Assembly (NCBI GenBank): GCA_903903985.1
Contig: CAIVAT010000022.1
Span: forward strand, 62,903 to 126,902
DNA length: 64,000 bases
Source: an uncultured Bacteroidales bacterium
Lineage (GTDB): Bacteria > Bacteroidota > Bacteroidia > Bacteroidales > FEN-979
Reading direction: 5' to 3'
The notes under the pieces are model-generated. The model saw only the letters and a list, made by a program, of their open reading frames with translations, ran no database searches and was not told where the DNA came from. Positions 1 to 9,502 of this stretch are shown one piece after another; the stretch's first letter is position 1; each line of letters starts with the position of its first letter. The translations under genes were made by a program, and so were the position numbers.

Positions 1-186
1 TTAAAGGGATACCAGAAAGTGCTGATCAAAAAAGGCGAAACGAAAACAATCGCATTTAGCCTCACCACCGATGACCTGGCATTTTATCACCCGGATCTGA
101 AAAAATACTGGGAACCCGGCGAATTTATGGTCTTTGTTGGTACGAACTCGGCGGAGACATTATCCACATCCATTACAGTTGAGTGA
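1..186 (+). CDS. GH3 beta-glucosidase (BglX-like), C-terminal Fn3-like domain; 5'-partial
   Basis: Frame 1 reads LKGYQKVLIKKGETKTIAFSLTTDDLAFYHPDLKKYWEPGEFMVFVGTNS...VE*, the typical GH3 C-terminal signature. Not in the ORF track because it has no start codon in the window. Confidence 0.85.
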   Translation, partial: LKGYQKVLIKKGETKTIAFSLTTDDLAFYHPDLKKYWEPGEFMVFVGTNSAETLSTSITVE

Positions 187-200
187 AATTTAGAAACTTT

Positions 201-1586
201 ATGAAGATCAGGAACTTATTGGTATTACTGGCATTCTTTTTTGCCATGGGTACCGCACAGTCGCAACAGGTTGTTTTCAAGTCAAACGGGAAGGTTAATT
301 ATCCTTTGGCTCCTCACGAAATGACGATGCTCGATTCCATTCAGCATAAAACGTTCCTTTTCTTTTTAAAGGAACATCATCCTGAAAACGGGATTGTAAA
401 AGACCGGAGTACGGGAAGTTCTCCCTGTAGTATCGCCGCAACAGGTTTTGGAATCCCATCCCTGGCGATCGGTGCTGAAAGAAACTGGATCAGCCGTGAA
501 AAGGCTGCCGAAATCACCCTTGGCATCCTGAAATTCTTTTTCAATTCTGTGCAAAGTACGTCTAAAAATGTCACCGGTTATAAAGGATTTTATTATCATT
601 TTCTGAAAATGGATTCCGGTAATCGCGAATGGAACTGTGAACTCTCTTCGGTCGATACCGGATTGCTGATGATGGGTGTCATTTTTGCACGAAACTATTA
701 CAATTCCGACAATAAGGTTGAAAACCAGATCCGGTCCCTGGCGGCAAAATTACTTGAACGCGTTGACTGGAACTTTATGGTACTGCCTGCTTCGAGTAAA
801 TATGCCCATACCATTTCCATGGCCTGGACACCCGAAGCGGGATTGCAGGATTATGGCTGGTGCGGTTATAACGAGGCGCTGTTCCTGTATATCCTGGCCG
901 CAGGCAGCGGAATGGACAATGCTGCGCAAAGTTACAGTTCATGGTTAAAAACCTACAAATGGACCACCCCATATAAAGGACTTTCCCATGTTGCTTTTCC
1001 TCCTTTGTTCGGCCATCAGTTTTCCCAGGCATTCATCGATTTCAGGGGGATCGCTGATTCGTACATGAAGGAAAAGGGAATCGACTATTTTGAGAATTCG
1101 CGCCGTGCAACCTATGTTCAGCGGCAATATGCTGCCGACAATCCCAGGGGCTGGATTGGTTACGATTCGCTGTGCTGGGGTGTAACGGCAAGCGACGGAC
1201 CTCCGGACAAATATAATTTTGGTGATAAAAAATTCCTGGGTTATGCCGGAAGGGGAACCAGCGGACCCGATTACAACTATTTTGATGACGGGACCATTGC
1301 ACCGTACGGACCACTTTCATCCTTGCCTTTTGCTCCTGAGATCGTGCTGCCCACGATCAATTCATTAAATAAGAGATATGGTAAAAATATATGGGGAAAA
1401 TATGGTTATTATGATGCCTTCAACCCGACTGCCAAATGGATCGACAGTGATTTTTTGGGAATTGACGAGGGACCGATGCTGATCATGATCGAAAACTTCA
1501 GAACAGGTTTGGTATGGAATTATGTAATGAAAGATCCGATTATTCAAAAGGGTTTAAATAAACTCGGATTTGAGTATATGAATTAA
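201..1586 (+). CDS. GH144 endo-beta-1,2-glucanase (glucoamylase-like/DUF3131 family), secreted
   Basis: Signal peptide; motifs SIAATGFG, GYKGFYYHFL, ELSSVDTGLL, GYNEAL, PLFGHQFS, DYFENSRRAT, WGVTASDGP, DDGTIAP, LGIDEGP, IENFRTG. ATG at 201 preferred over GTG at 183. Confidence 0.85.
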   Translation: MKIRNLLVLLAFFFAMGTAQSQQVVFKSNGKVNYPLAPHEMTMLDSIQHKTFLFFLKEHHPENGIVKDRSTGSSPCSIAATGFGIPSLAIGAERNWISREKAAEITLGILKFFFNSVQSTSKNVTGYKGFYYHFLKMDSGNREWNCELSSVDTGLLMMGVIFARNYYNSDNKVENQIRSLAAKLLERVDWNFMVLPASSKYAHTISMAWTPEAGLQDYGWCGYNEALFLYILAAGSGMDNAAQSYSSWLKTYKWTTPYKGLSHVAFPPLFGHQFSQAFIDFRGIADSYMKEKGIDYFENSRRATYVQRQYAADNPRGWIGYDSLCWGVTASDGPPDKYNFGDKKFLGYAGRGTSGPDYNYFDDGTIAPYGPLSSLPFAPEIVLPTINSLNKRYGKNIWGKYGYYDAFNPTAKWIDSDFLGIDEGPMLIMIENFRTGLVWNYVMKDPIIQKGLNKLGFEYMN

Positions 1587-1658
1587 AATTTTCGGAAATC
1601 TGCAAGAATTATTTGGTCTGTTAATCTGGAGTAGCGTTTAGACATATATTTTACTATA

Positions 1659-4600
1659 ATGAAAACTCATATCTATAAGAGAATCTCAACTTTGTTCGTG
1701 TTGATTCTCACAACCGCGATTCTCCACGCTCAAATCAAAACCCTTGATGAATTTGAAAATAAAAACGGCTGGACTTTCATCAGGTCCGACGGGGTCGATC
1801 TTCACTTATCCACCGAAAAAGGCCTGACAGGCAATGCGATCCGTTTCGATTACGATTTCACCAAAGGCACCGGCTACGGCGGAATACAGAAGCTTTTCCC
1901 CATCGACCTCCCCGACAATTTTGAATTCACCTTCTATGTCAGGGCTGAATCTCCTGCCAATAATTTTGAAATTAAATTTATCGACAGCACGGGTAACAAT
2001 GTGTGGTGGGTCAGTAACCGCAATTATGACTTTCCTTCGTCATGGAAAAAAATCCGGATCAAGAAACGACATATCAAATTTGCATGGGGACCCACCGGGG
2101 ACCAAAGTTTGAAACGAATCGACAGAATTGAATTCACCATTGCTTCGTTTGTTGGTGGCAAGGGAACAATTTGGATTGATGATCTGAAGTTTGAACCGCT
2201 CCCACCCGAAACGCTCTCCTATCCAATACCCTCAATCACTGCTTCCTCCCAGGTGAAAAATCATTCACCCGGCAGCATCGTTGATCATTCAGATGAAACT
2301 TACTGGCAAAGCAGGGGCGCGAATGATCAGCAGGTAATGGTTGATTTTAAAACCCGCAGGGAATTCGGCGGTTTGCATATCAAATGGCTGAAAGGCCATT
2401 ACGCTGAGAGTTTTGACATTCTCCTTTCTGATGACGGGAAAAAATGGGAAAAAGTCTATGCTGTCAAATCAAATCAAAGTGATGTCAGTTTTATCAGGCT
2501 GCCCGAAGCAGAAGCAAAATTTCTCAGGATAGATCTTGCAAAAAGCAATGATGATACAGGTTTCGGCATCATGGATGTGAGATTTTTAGATGTACAGCGT
2601 TCTTTGACAATGAATGATTTCCTGATTTATACCGCTGAACATTCACCGGCCGGAAATTATCCGAGATACTTCCTGGAGCAAGCATCATATTGGACCATCA
2701 CCGGTGTCAACAATGATGTCAGGGAAGCATTGATCAACGAAGATGGCATGGTTGAAGCTGAAAAAGCAGGGTTCTCCATCGAGCCGATGATAAAAACCGG
2801 GGATTCACTTTATACCTGGAATAATGTTAAATCGGCTCAATACATGGGTTCCTCCGGAAATAAACGCGAATTTGACTTTGTGCCATCGGTCGCCTGGCAA
2901 TGCAATGGCCTCAAATTCGTAACCGGAGTGACCGCAAGCGGAGAGGCAAATATCAATTCCAGGCTTGATATCAGTTACGCGTTTGAAAACCTGACGGCAC
3001 AACCAAAAGATTTTGAATTTTATTTATTGATCCGTCCGTACCAGGTTAATCCATACTACCAGTTTCTGAATCTTGCCGGAGGGGTTGGTAAAATTAATTC
3101 AATCAGTGAAAAGGATCACAATACCATCTCCATCGATGATAAAGTAGTTCTTTCACAGAAAAAATATGATCACTTTGGTGCAGGCACCTTCGACGATGGA
3201 TGCATGGTCGATTTGCTGAGGAAAGGCAATCTCCCTGAAACCAGGTCCGTAATTGATCATAACGGCCTGGCAAACGGGGTGGTCAGATATACTTTTCACT
3301 TAAATCCCGGAGAGCGCACCGCATTCTTTTTGGTGGTTCCGTTTTATGCTGAAAAACTCAATGACCCGAATCCAGGCACCGAAAATGTCCTTGCAGACGC
3401 TGATCATGCAAGGGAATTCTGGAAAACAAAAGTCGGACACATCAAATTCAATCTGCCTGAATCGGCCGACAGGATTGTAAACACATACAGATCAAACCTC
3501 GCCTACATTCTCATCAACAGGGATAATGCCGGAATTCAACCTGGATCGCGTTCGTATGAAAGAAGCTGGATACGCGACGGCGCACTGACCTCCTCTGCCC
3601 TGTTGAAATCAGGCATTGTCAAAGAGGTCAGGGATTTTATTGACTGGTACACTGACCATCAATATGAAAGCGGCAAGGTTCCCTGTGTCGTCGATCACCG
3701 GGGTCCCGACCCGGTTCCGGAAAACGACAGCCACGGGGAAATGATCTATTTAATCCGCGAATATTTTAACTTCACGAAGGATACAGCTTTTCTGAGATCA
3801 AAAAATAAAAATGTGTTGCAGGCGGTATCATACATCGAATCACTGATCGCCGAGCAGTCGACGGATCATTATAAATACGGGAACGACAGTGTACGTGCAT
3901 GTTACGGACTGGTCACGGAATCCATCAGTCACGAAGGGTATTCTGCAAAACCGATGCACTCTTACTGGGATGATTTCTTTACCATGAAAGGTTTGAAAGA
4001 TGCAACGGAAATTCAAAAAATACTGGGTGACAAAGAGAATTATGAACGAATAATGAAAGTAAGGAATTCCTTTCGTGAAAATCTCTACAATTCATTGCAT
4101 CTCGCGATGAAAACAAGAAAAATAAATTACCTGCCCGGTTGTGCGGAACTTGGTGATTTTGATGCAACATCAACCACAATCGCTTTAACACCCTGCAACG
4201 AACTCAACAACCTGCCAAAACCGCAGGTGTATAACACGTTTGAGAAGTACTACGAATTTTTTAAAAACAGGAGGGACGGGAAAACCGACTGGATCAATTA
4301 TACGCCGTATGAAAACCGCCTGATCGGTTCATTCATCCTTTTAGATCAGCCTGACCGAGCGCATGAGCTGATCGATTTTTTCCTGAACGACCAGCGTCCG
4401 CAGGGCTGGAATGACTGGGCCGAAGTTGTCTGGAAAGATTACCGCACGCCCCGTTATATCGGGGATATGCCCCACACCTGGGTTGGCAGCGATTTCATCA
4501 ATGCGATCCGAGCAATGTTCGTGTATGAGAACGAATACGACCAATCGCTTGTGCTGGCTGCTGCACTTTACCAGGATTGGATTGATGCTCCTGCCGGAAT

Positions 4601-4844
4601 GTCCGTGGAAAATCTGCCTACCTATTATGGGGAGATATCCTACTCCATCAAAAAGAATGACAACAAATATCTCTTCTCCATTTCCGGGGATGTCAAACTT
4701 CCGGCCAATGGAATGAAGATTAAAAACTTTAACGGATCGAAAAAGCCTGCGAAAGTAACAGTCAACGGATTCGAAATCAATGATTTTAACGAAAAGTCAA
4801 TATCGGTTAAAGCATTACCGGCAGAAGTAGTGATTTATTATTAG
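1659..4844 (+). CDS. Secreted multidomain putative glycoside hydrolase: CBM11-like + F5/8 type C (discoidin) + (alpha/alpha)6 barrel
   Basis: Signal peptide; galactose-binding-like N-domain (AIRFDYDF...GTIWIDDLKF); discoidin (TASS...D...TYWQS...VMVDF...LSDDGKKW); C-terminal QPGSRSYERSWIRDG, ENDSHGE, ESISHEGY, GDMPHTW resembling six-hairpin glycosidases. Confidence 0.7.
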   Translation: MKTHIYKRISTLFVLILTTAILHAQIKTLDEFENKNGWTFIRSDGVDLHLSTEKGLTGNAIRFDYDFTKGTGYGGIQKLFPIDLPDNFEFTFYVRAESPANNFEIKFIDSTGNNVWWVSNRNYDFPSSWKKIRIKKRHIKFAWGPTGDQSLKRIDRIEFTIASFVGGKGTIWIDDLKFEPLPPETLSYPIPSITASSQVKNHSPGSIVDHSDETYWQSRGANDQQVMVDFKTRREFGGLHIKWLKGHYAESFDILLSDDGKKWEKVYAVKSNQSDVSFIRLPEAEAKFLRIDLAKSNDDTGFGIMDVRFLDVQRSLTMNDFLIYTAEHSPAGNYPRYFLEQASYWTITGVNNDVREALINEDGMVEAEKAGFSIEPMIKTGDSLYTWNNVKSAQYMGSSGNKREFDFVPSVAWQCNGLKFVTGVTASGEANINSRLDISYAFENLTAQPKDFEFYLLIRPYQVNPYYQFLNLAGGVGKINSISEKDHNTISIDDKVVLSQKKYDHFGAGTFDDGCMVDLLRKGNLPETRSVIDHNGLANGVVRYTFHLNPGERTAFFLVVPFYAEKLNDPNPGTENVLADADHAREFWKTKVGHIKFNLPESADRIVNTYRSNLAYILINRDNAGIQPGSRSYERSWIRDGALTSSALLKSGIVKEVRDFIDWYTDHQYESGKVPCVVDHRGPDPVPENDSHGEMIYLIREYFNFTKDTAFLRSKNKNVLQAVSYIESLIAEQSTDHYKYGNDSVRACYGLVTESISHEGYSAKPMHSYWDDFFTMKGLKDATEIQKILGDKENYERIMKVRNSFRENLYNSLHLAMKTRKINYLPGCAELGDFDATSTTIALTPCNELNNLPKPQVYNTFEKYYEFFKNRRDGKTDWINYTPYENRLIGSFILLDQPDRAHELIDFFLNDQRPQGWNDWAEVVWKDYRTPRYIGDMPHTWVGSDFINAIRAMFVYENEYDQSLVLAAALYQDWIDAPAGMSVENLPTYYGEISYSIKKNDNKYLFSISGDVKLPANGMKIKNFNGSKKPAKVTVNGFEINDFNEKSISVKALPAEVVIYY

Positions 4845-4860
4845 TGCACAAGAGAAAAAG

Positions 4861-4894
4861 ATTGAACATCCTCACCGCAGAGCAGCGAGGATTT
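4861..4894. repeat. Partial copy (first hairpin only) of the ~108-bp palindromic element
   Basis: attgaacatcctcaccgcagagcagcgaggattt resembles attgaagaacctcgcggcaaaccacgaggttctt at 18263. Confidence 0.45.
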
Positions 4895-4917
4895 AACCCA
4901 ACTACTTCAACCCCCGT

Positions 4918-4955
4918 CCCCTTCTCCTGAAGGAGAAGGGGTGCAGGGGATGAGG
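4918..4955. repeat. GC-rich REP-like hairpin (CCCCTTCTCC-loop-GGAGAAGGGG...GGGGATGAGG family)
   Basis: ccccttctcc tgaa ggagaagggg tgca ggggatgagg; perfect 10-bp stem. Confidence 0.75.
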
Positions 4956-4978
4956 CAATTAACGAACAGGAATAAAGC

Positions 4979-7018
4979 ATGGACAACACCACGAAACCCG
5001 AAGACCGCATTCGCTTTACACAGTTAGCCGCCTATGGCGCCGGTGGCGTCATACCGATCGCCCTCTTCAACATTGCCGGGATACTCGTCGGGCTGATGGG
5101 CAATATCAGTTTGGGGCTGAGCGCATTCTGGCTTGGGGCCATTTTAATCGTCCCCCGTTTATGGGATGCCCTGTCGGATCCTTTTATCGGTCACCTTTCC
5201 GACAATACCCGGACCCGCTGGGGACGCCGGCGCCCCTTTTTGCTGGTAGGCGGAATCCTCGTTGCAGTGTTTTTTGTTGTCATCTGGTGGATCCCAAAGG
5301 GTGATATGGTGCGTACATGGTTCCCTTCGGATACAGGCTTCCAATGGTTTCAGCTTTGCTACATTCTTTTTTCCCTTTTGCTGTTTTTCACTGCCGTGAA
5401 TCTTTTCGAGATCCCACACGGCGCTCTAGGAATGGAGATGACCACCGATTACCACGAACGCACGCGTTTGTTCAGTGCCAAGAGTTTTGTCGGCAATCTT
5501 TTTGCCATGGGCACACCCTGGCTTTTTGCCCTCGCCAGCATGGAAATTTTTAAAGGCCCCGGAGGAAATGAAGCCGATGGCATGCGTTACGTCTCCCTGA
5601 TGATCGCGGCTTTCCTCATCCCGCTTTCTTTCTGGTGGTTTTTCAAATTGCGTGAACCGGGATTTGTAAAAGCCGCCAGCCACGAAAAAACACCCTTCTG
5701 GCAAGACATGAAACATACCACCGGCAACCGGAACTTTATCATGTTGACGTTGACAATCTTCACGCTGGCCATGGGCTTTAATTTCGTCCAACTCATCGGG
5801 TCATATATCCCTATTTTTTATGTTTTTGGGGGAGATAAGGTTGCCGGAGCTTATCTGCTCGCGATCAACGGGATGATCTGGGCTATCACCGGTGTGCTGG
5901 CGGTATTTCCCCTCAACTGGATCAGCCCGAAACTGGGGAAAAGAAATACGCTGACCATTGCTATTTTACTCATGTGCCTTGCACAACTGTCTAAAATTGT
6001 ATGCTATAACCCCTCATATCCCTACCTGATCATCATCCCCACGGTTCTTCTTTCTGCAGGAATGCTGTTTTTCTTCACACTTGGATCTTCCATGGTGGGC
6101 GATATCTGTGATGAAGATGAATTAAATACCGGGTATCGTTCAGAGGGCAGTTATTACTCCGTATTCTGGTGGTTCATCAAAATGGGATCTGCCCTGGCCA
6201 GCTTTGTTACTGGTGTGTTGATCGTATTTACCATGTTCGATGAAACCCAGGTTACAAAGGTCGATAAGATACAGGGGAGCGTAAGGGAGATGCGAAGCAT
6301 CGTTCAGTATTGGAAAGGCTACCAGGGACTCAGCAGCACCAATAAGGAGTGGCTGGAAAACACGAAAACCAAGGCAGCCGAAGCGCTTACAGAATCGAAA
6401 GAATATATTACCTATCTGGGCAAAGAATCTCTTAAGGAGCCTGACGAGGCGAACCGGATCCTGACCGCATACCCTGGTCAGCGGAAAAATATGCTGTCAA
6501 ACGCACTGATTATGACCAAGGCTACAACAGGTGAACTGGAACAGATTCAATCACTGTTGGCTAATCTTGTGCCCAGGGCCCAGGACTCCCTGATGAATGC
6601 TGCCGTCGCAAAGGCAATTCCACTGACGCTGGAAACGAAACTTGTAAAGGCCAGGATGTATTCTTTTGAGCTAAGGTCGCACCTGGAAGCCAAATCATTG
6701 GAAACGAAAAACAGCAGGAAACACTATGATGTCATCATGCAGGAAATTTCCGGGGTAGACAACCGGCTTGCCGGCATGAACACCACCTCATCCATGATTT
6801 TATTGGATAAGGAGCTTGGCTCCATTGAAAGCAAAATCGTACCACTCACTCAGCAAACCCCTTATACGCTTTTGATGATGCGGGTGGTTGAGATCGGGTT
6901 GCCATTGTTGTTAAGCCTCTTTTCAATTTTCTTTGTTCTGAAGTACTCGCTCACTGAGAAACGAAGCCATGAAATTAAAGAGCTTCTCAGGCAAAGGATT
7001 GTAAAACGTGACGTATGA
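4979..7018 (+). CDS. MFS glycoside-pentoside-hexuronide (MelB-like) sugar symporter with a large soluble insertion
   Basis: RLWDALSDPFIGHLSDNTRTRWGRRRPF, EMTTDYHERT, SMVGDICDEDEL..G.RSEG motifs; ~200-aa hydrophilic segment before the last TM helix. Confidence 0.85.
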   Translation: MDNTTKPEDRIRFTQLAAYGAGGVIPIALFNIAGILVGLMGNISLGLSAFWLGAILIVPRLWDALSDPFIGHLSDNTRTRWGRRRPFLLVGGILVAVFFVVIWWIPKGDMVRTWFPSDTGFQWFQLCYILFSLLLFFTAVNLFEIPHGALGMEMTTDYHERTRLFSAKSFVGNLFAMGTPWLFALASMEIFKGPGGNEADGMRYVSLMIAAFLIPLSFWWFFKLREPGFVKAASHEKTPFWQDMKHTTGNRNFIMLTLTIFTLAMGFNFVQLIGSYIPIFYVFGGDKVAGAYLLAINGMIWAITGVLAVFPLNWISPKLGKRNTLTIAILLMCLAQLSKIVCYNPSYPYLIIIPTVLLSAGMLFFFTLGSSMVGDICDEDELNTGYRSEGSYYSVFWWFIKMGSALASFVTGVLIVFTMFDETQVTKVDKIQGSVREMRSIVQYWKGYQGLSSTNKEWLENTKTKAAEALTESKEYITYLGKESLKEPDEANRILTAYPGQRKNMLSNALIMTKATTGELEQIQSLLANLVPRAQDSLMNAAVAKAIPLTLETKLVKARMYSFELRSHLEAKSLETKNSRKHYDVIMQEISGVDNRLAGMNTTSSMILLDKELGSIESKIVPLTQQTPYTLLMMRVVEIGLPLLLSLFSIFFVLKYSLTEKRSHEIKELLRQRIVKRDV

Positions 7019-7069
7019 CACATGATATGTGACAAATAAATAATTACAAGTGCCCGTGACAATTGACAC

Positions 7070-9502
7070 ATGAAATTCAGTGTAAAAGAAGGCAATTTCT
7101 ATCTTGATGACAAAAAGGTGTTCCTCAACTCGGGGGAAATCCATTATTTCAGGATAAAGCGCGCGTTTTGGGACAAGCACCTGGAGGCAGCCAAAGAGGC
7201 CGGTTTGACGACCATCAGCACTTACATACCCTGGGCATGGCACGAACCGGAGGAATCTGTTTTTGATTTTAACGGCACATCATGCCCCGAACGGGACCTG
7301 AAAGGATGGCTGCAAAAATGCCAGGACCATGGATTGCATTGCATCGTAAAACCAGGGCCTTTTATCCTGGCGGAATTTCGTGGAGCAGGTCTGCCTGATT
7401 GGTTCATGGACCAGTATGGCCCTGAAGTCAAGATGCACAACAGGAAAGGTGGCATTGTTCAAAGTGACGGCGTCAGTCTGTTCAATGATAAATTCCTTGA
7501 GAAGGTGACGCTTTGGTATGACCAGATCATGCCGCTCATCCGCGACCATGAAATTACAACCGGTGGCCCGGTTATCATGATGCAGGTTTGCAATGAGATC
7601 GGCGTCTTTTCCTGGCTGGCAAAGCAAGGTGATTATTGCAAGGCTGTGAGTGACCGTTTCATTTCTTACCTGTCGCATAAATTCAACAATATTGCTGAGA
7701 TAAATAGTTTGTGGGGTACTGATTATCCCGGCTTTGCTCATGTTGAGCTTCCTCCCGACGGCAAACTTCCCTATGCATCAAAGGGGGATCGTGGCCGTGA
7801 TTATGAATGGCACTGCTTCTGGAGAACATATTATGGCGACTATCTGCGAATGCTGAGCCGCATGGCCAGGGATAGAGGTGTTAGCATTCCATTCTATCAT
7901 AACCTTCCCGGCTGGATTTATGGAAACGGTTATGAGTTTCCGGTCAATATCACCATGTACGAAGATCTTTATGGTGATAAGGGCGAGCTTTTCTTCGGAG
8001 TCGATCATATCCCGGAATTCCTCTCCTACCGTAACCTGCATGACGACCGGATCATCAATGATATAACTTATGCAATGCAGGGCAACAAGCCGCTCTTTGC
8101 TGCTGAGTTCCAGTGCGGTTCCCGTGAATATCATGTGGTAACGAATCCACGGGAGATGGAACTTTTCTATAAGGCAAGCGTGGCCAATGGTCTGACCGGC
8201 TGGAACTACTACATGTTCTCTCAGGGGCGCAACCCAAGCCGCAGGGGCTATTCGGGGGAGACTTTTTACTGGTTCAACCCGCTTACACCGGAAGGGGAGC
8301 GAACCAGTGCCTTCCCATTGGTCAAACGAATGAGCCAGGTGATCAAAACCTCTGAAAGCCTTATTGTTAATGCAAAACGTAAAGCCGAAGTTTGTGTACT
8401 TTTCTACCCTCCTTATTATGCAACAGAGTTGGAAAGACCTGTGGATGAAAAGTGCGGATTGCAATTCACTCCTTCCGTTATCCGCCGACCGGCATATTTC
8501 GATGGTTTGCTGAAAGCACTTCAGGTGTTGAACATCGATTATGATATGATCGATCTTGGAAAAGCTACCACCAACATATTGCTTGACTACCGGCAGGTTT
8601 GGGCATTCTGCACGGATGAAATGAATGGCAGGGACCAGCAAACCATTGTGGATTATACCAGGGCCGGGGGGCAGAGTGTTCTTTTCCCTTATCTGCCTGA
8701 TCGCGAGATGTCGCAGCAGCCATGTGCCATCATTCGGGAAGCATTGTCAATAGCACCATCCGGAAGGGAAACCGTTGATTCGCCGTTGATCGATATGTAT
8801 AACCTGAAAGACATCAAGTGTGCCAACCCGGTAATCACCTATTCTGAAGAAATGCTTTCAGGGGCAGAGGTGATCGCCCGCACGATTCACGGAACTGCAT
8901 GTGGATTCTTAAAAGCGCTCGGAGGCGGATCCATGATCCACCTCGGAACCTGGATCGGATTCGACACCGAAGGGCATAAACCGGTTTATGAAGCGATTCT
9001 TCGCTGTTCCGGCGCAAAACTCAGGCAGGCATCAACCAGCAATGATTTTATTATCGTCAGGGAACGGTTCACCACGGACAATGCAGCAATGCTATTCATC
9101 GGCAATTATTACAATGAAGAACAGTCCGGCAAAGTGACTTACACACACCCTGTTAGCGGCGAGGCAATCACCATTCCCTATATACAGGAAGAGCTGGTGT
9201 GGCCGGCGTTGGTTGGAGTGTTAACCCCGGTGTGCCTTGATGTTTCAAACGGACTACAGATTCTCCACAGCACTTCTGATATTCTCGGTGTTGTGGAAAT
9301 GAACGGCCATCTGGAGATTACCCTGTATGGAGATCGGGACCTGGCCGGGGAGATCGTGTTTGAAGGTGTTCATGTTCAAAAAATAAATTCCGCAACACTG
9401 GATGATGCCGCTATGGCAATCATCCGGAACGATAACCGTATTGTATTGTCTTACAAACATTTACATAAGAAGGAAATGGTTCTTAGCATAAAAATCAACT
9501 AA
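7070..9502 (+). CDS. GH35 family enzyme (beta-galactosidase fold; possibly beta-1,2-glucosyltransferase-like), cytoplasmic
   Basis: SGEIHYFR, GLTTISTYIPWAWHEP, KPGPFILAE, QVCNE (acid/base), AAEFQCG (nucleophile), GWNYYMF; no signal peptide. Confidence 0.8.
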   Translation: MKFSVKEGNFYLDDKKVFLNSGEIHYFRIKRAFWDKHLEAAKEAGLTTISTYIPWAWHEPEESVFDFNGTSCPERDLKGWLQKCQDHGLHCIVKPGPFILAEFRGAGLPDWFMDQYGPEVKMHNRKGGIVQSDGVSLFNDKFLEKVTLWYDQIMPLIRDHEITTGGPVIMMQVCNEIGVFSWLAKQGDYCKAVSDRFISYLSHKFNNIAEINSLWGTDYPGFAHVELPPDGKLPYASKGDRGRDYEWHCFWRTYYGDYLRMLSRMARDRGVSIPFYHNLPGWIYGNGYEFPVNITMYEDLYGDKGELFFGVDHIPEFLSYRNLHDDRIINDITYAMQGNKPLFAAEFQCGSREYHVVTNPREMELFYKASVANGLTGWNYYMFSQGRNPSRRGYSGETFYWFNPLTPEGERTSAFPLVKRMSQVIKTSESLIVNAKRKAEVCVLFYPPYYATELERPVDEKCGLQFTPSVIRRPAYFDGLLKALQVLNIDYDMIDLGKATTNILLDYRQVWAFCTDEMNGRDQQTIVDYTRAGGQSVLFPYLPDREMSQQPCAIIREALSIAPSGRETVDSPLIDMYNLKDIKCANPVITYSEEMLSGAEVIARTIHGTACGFLKALGGGSMIHLGTWIGFDTEGHKPVYEAILRCSGAKLRQASTSNDFIIVRERFTTDNAAMLFIGNYYNEEQSGKVTYTHPVSGEAITIPYIQEELVWPALVGVLTPVCLDVSNGLQILHSTSDILGVVEMNGHLEITLYGDRDLAGEIVFEGVHVQKINSATLDDAAMAIIRNDNRIVLSYKHLHKKEMVLSIKIN

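Noticed and set aside
7006-7035. Weak 7-mer periodicity (tatgaca catgata tgtgaca) at the MFS stop
   Set aside because: Only about three degenerate units; too weak to call.
7778-8641. Long antisense ORFs (also 18822-19514, 50781-51488, 51813-52682, 52683-53402, 40618-41238)
   Set aside because: Shadow frames fully opposite well-supported genes, with no recognisable motifs.
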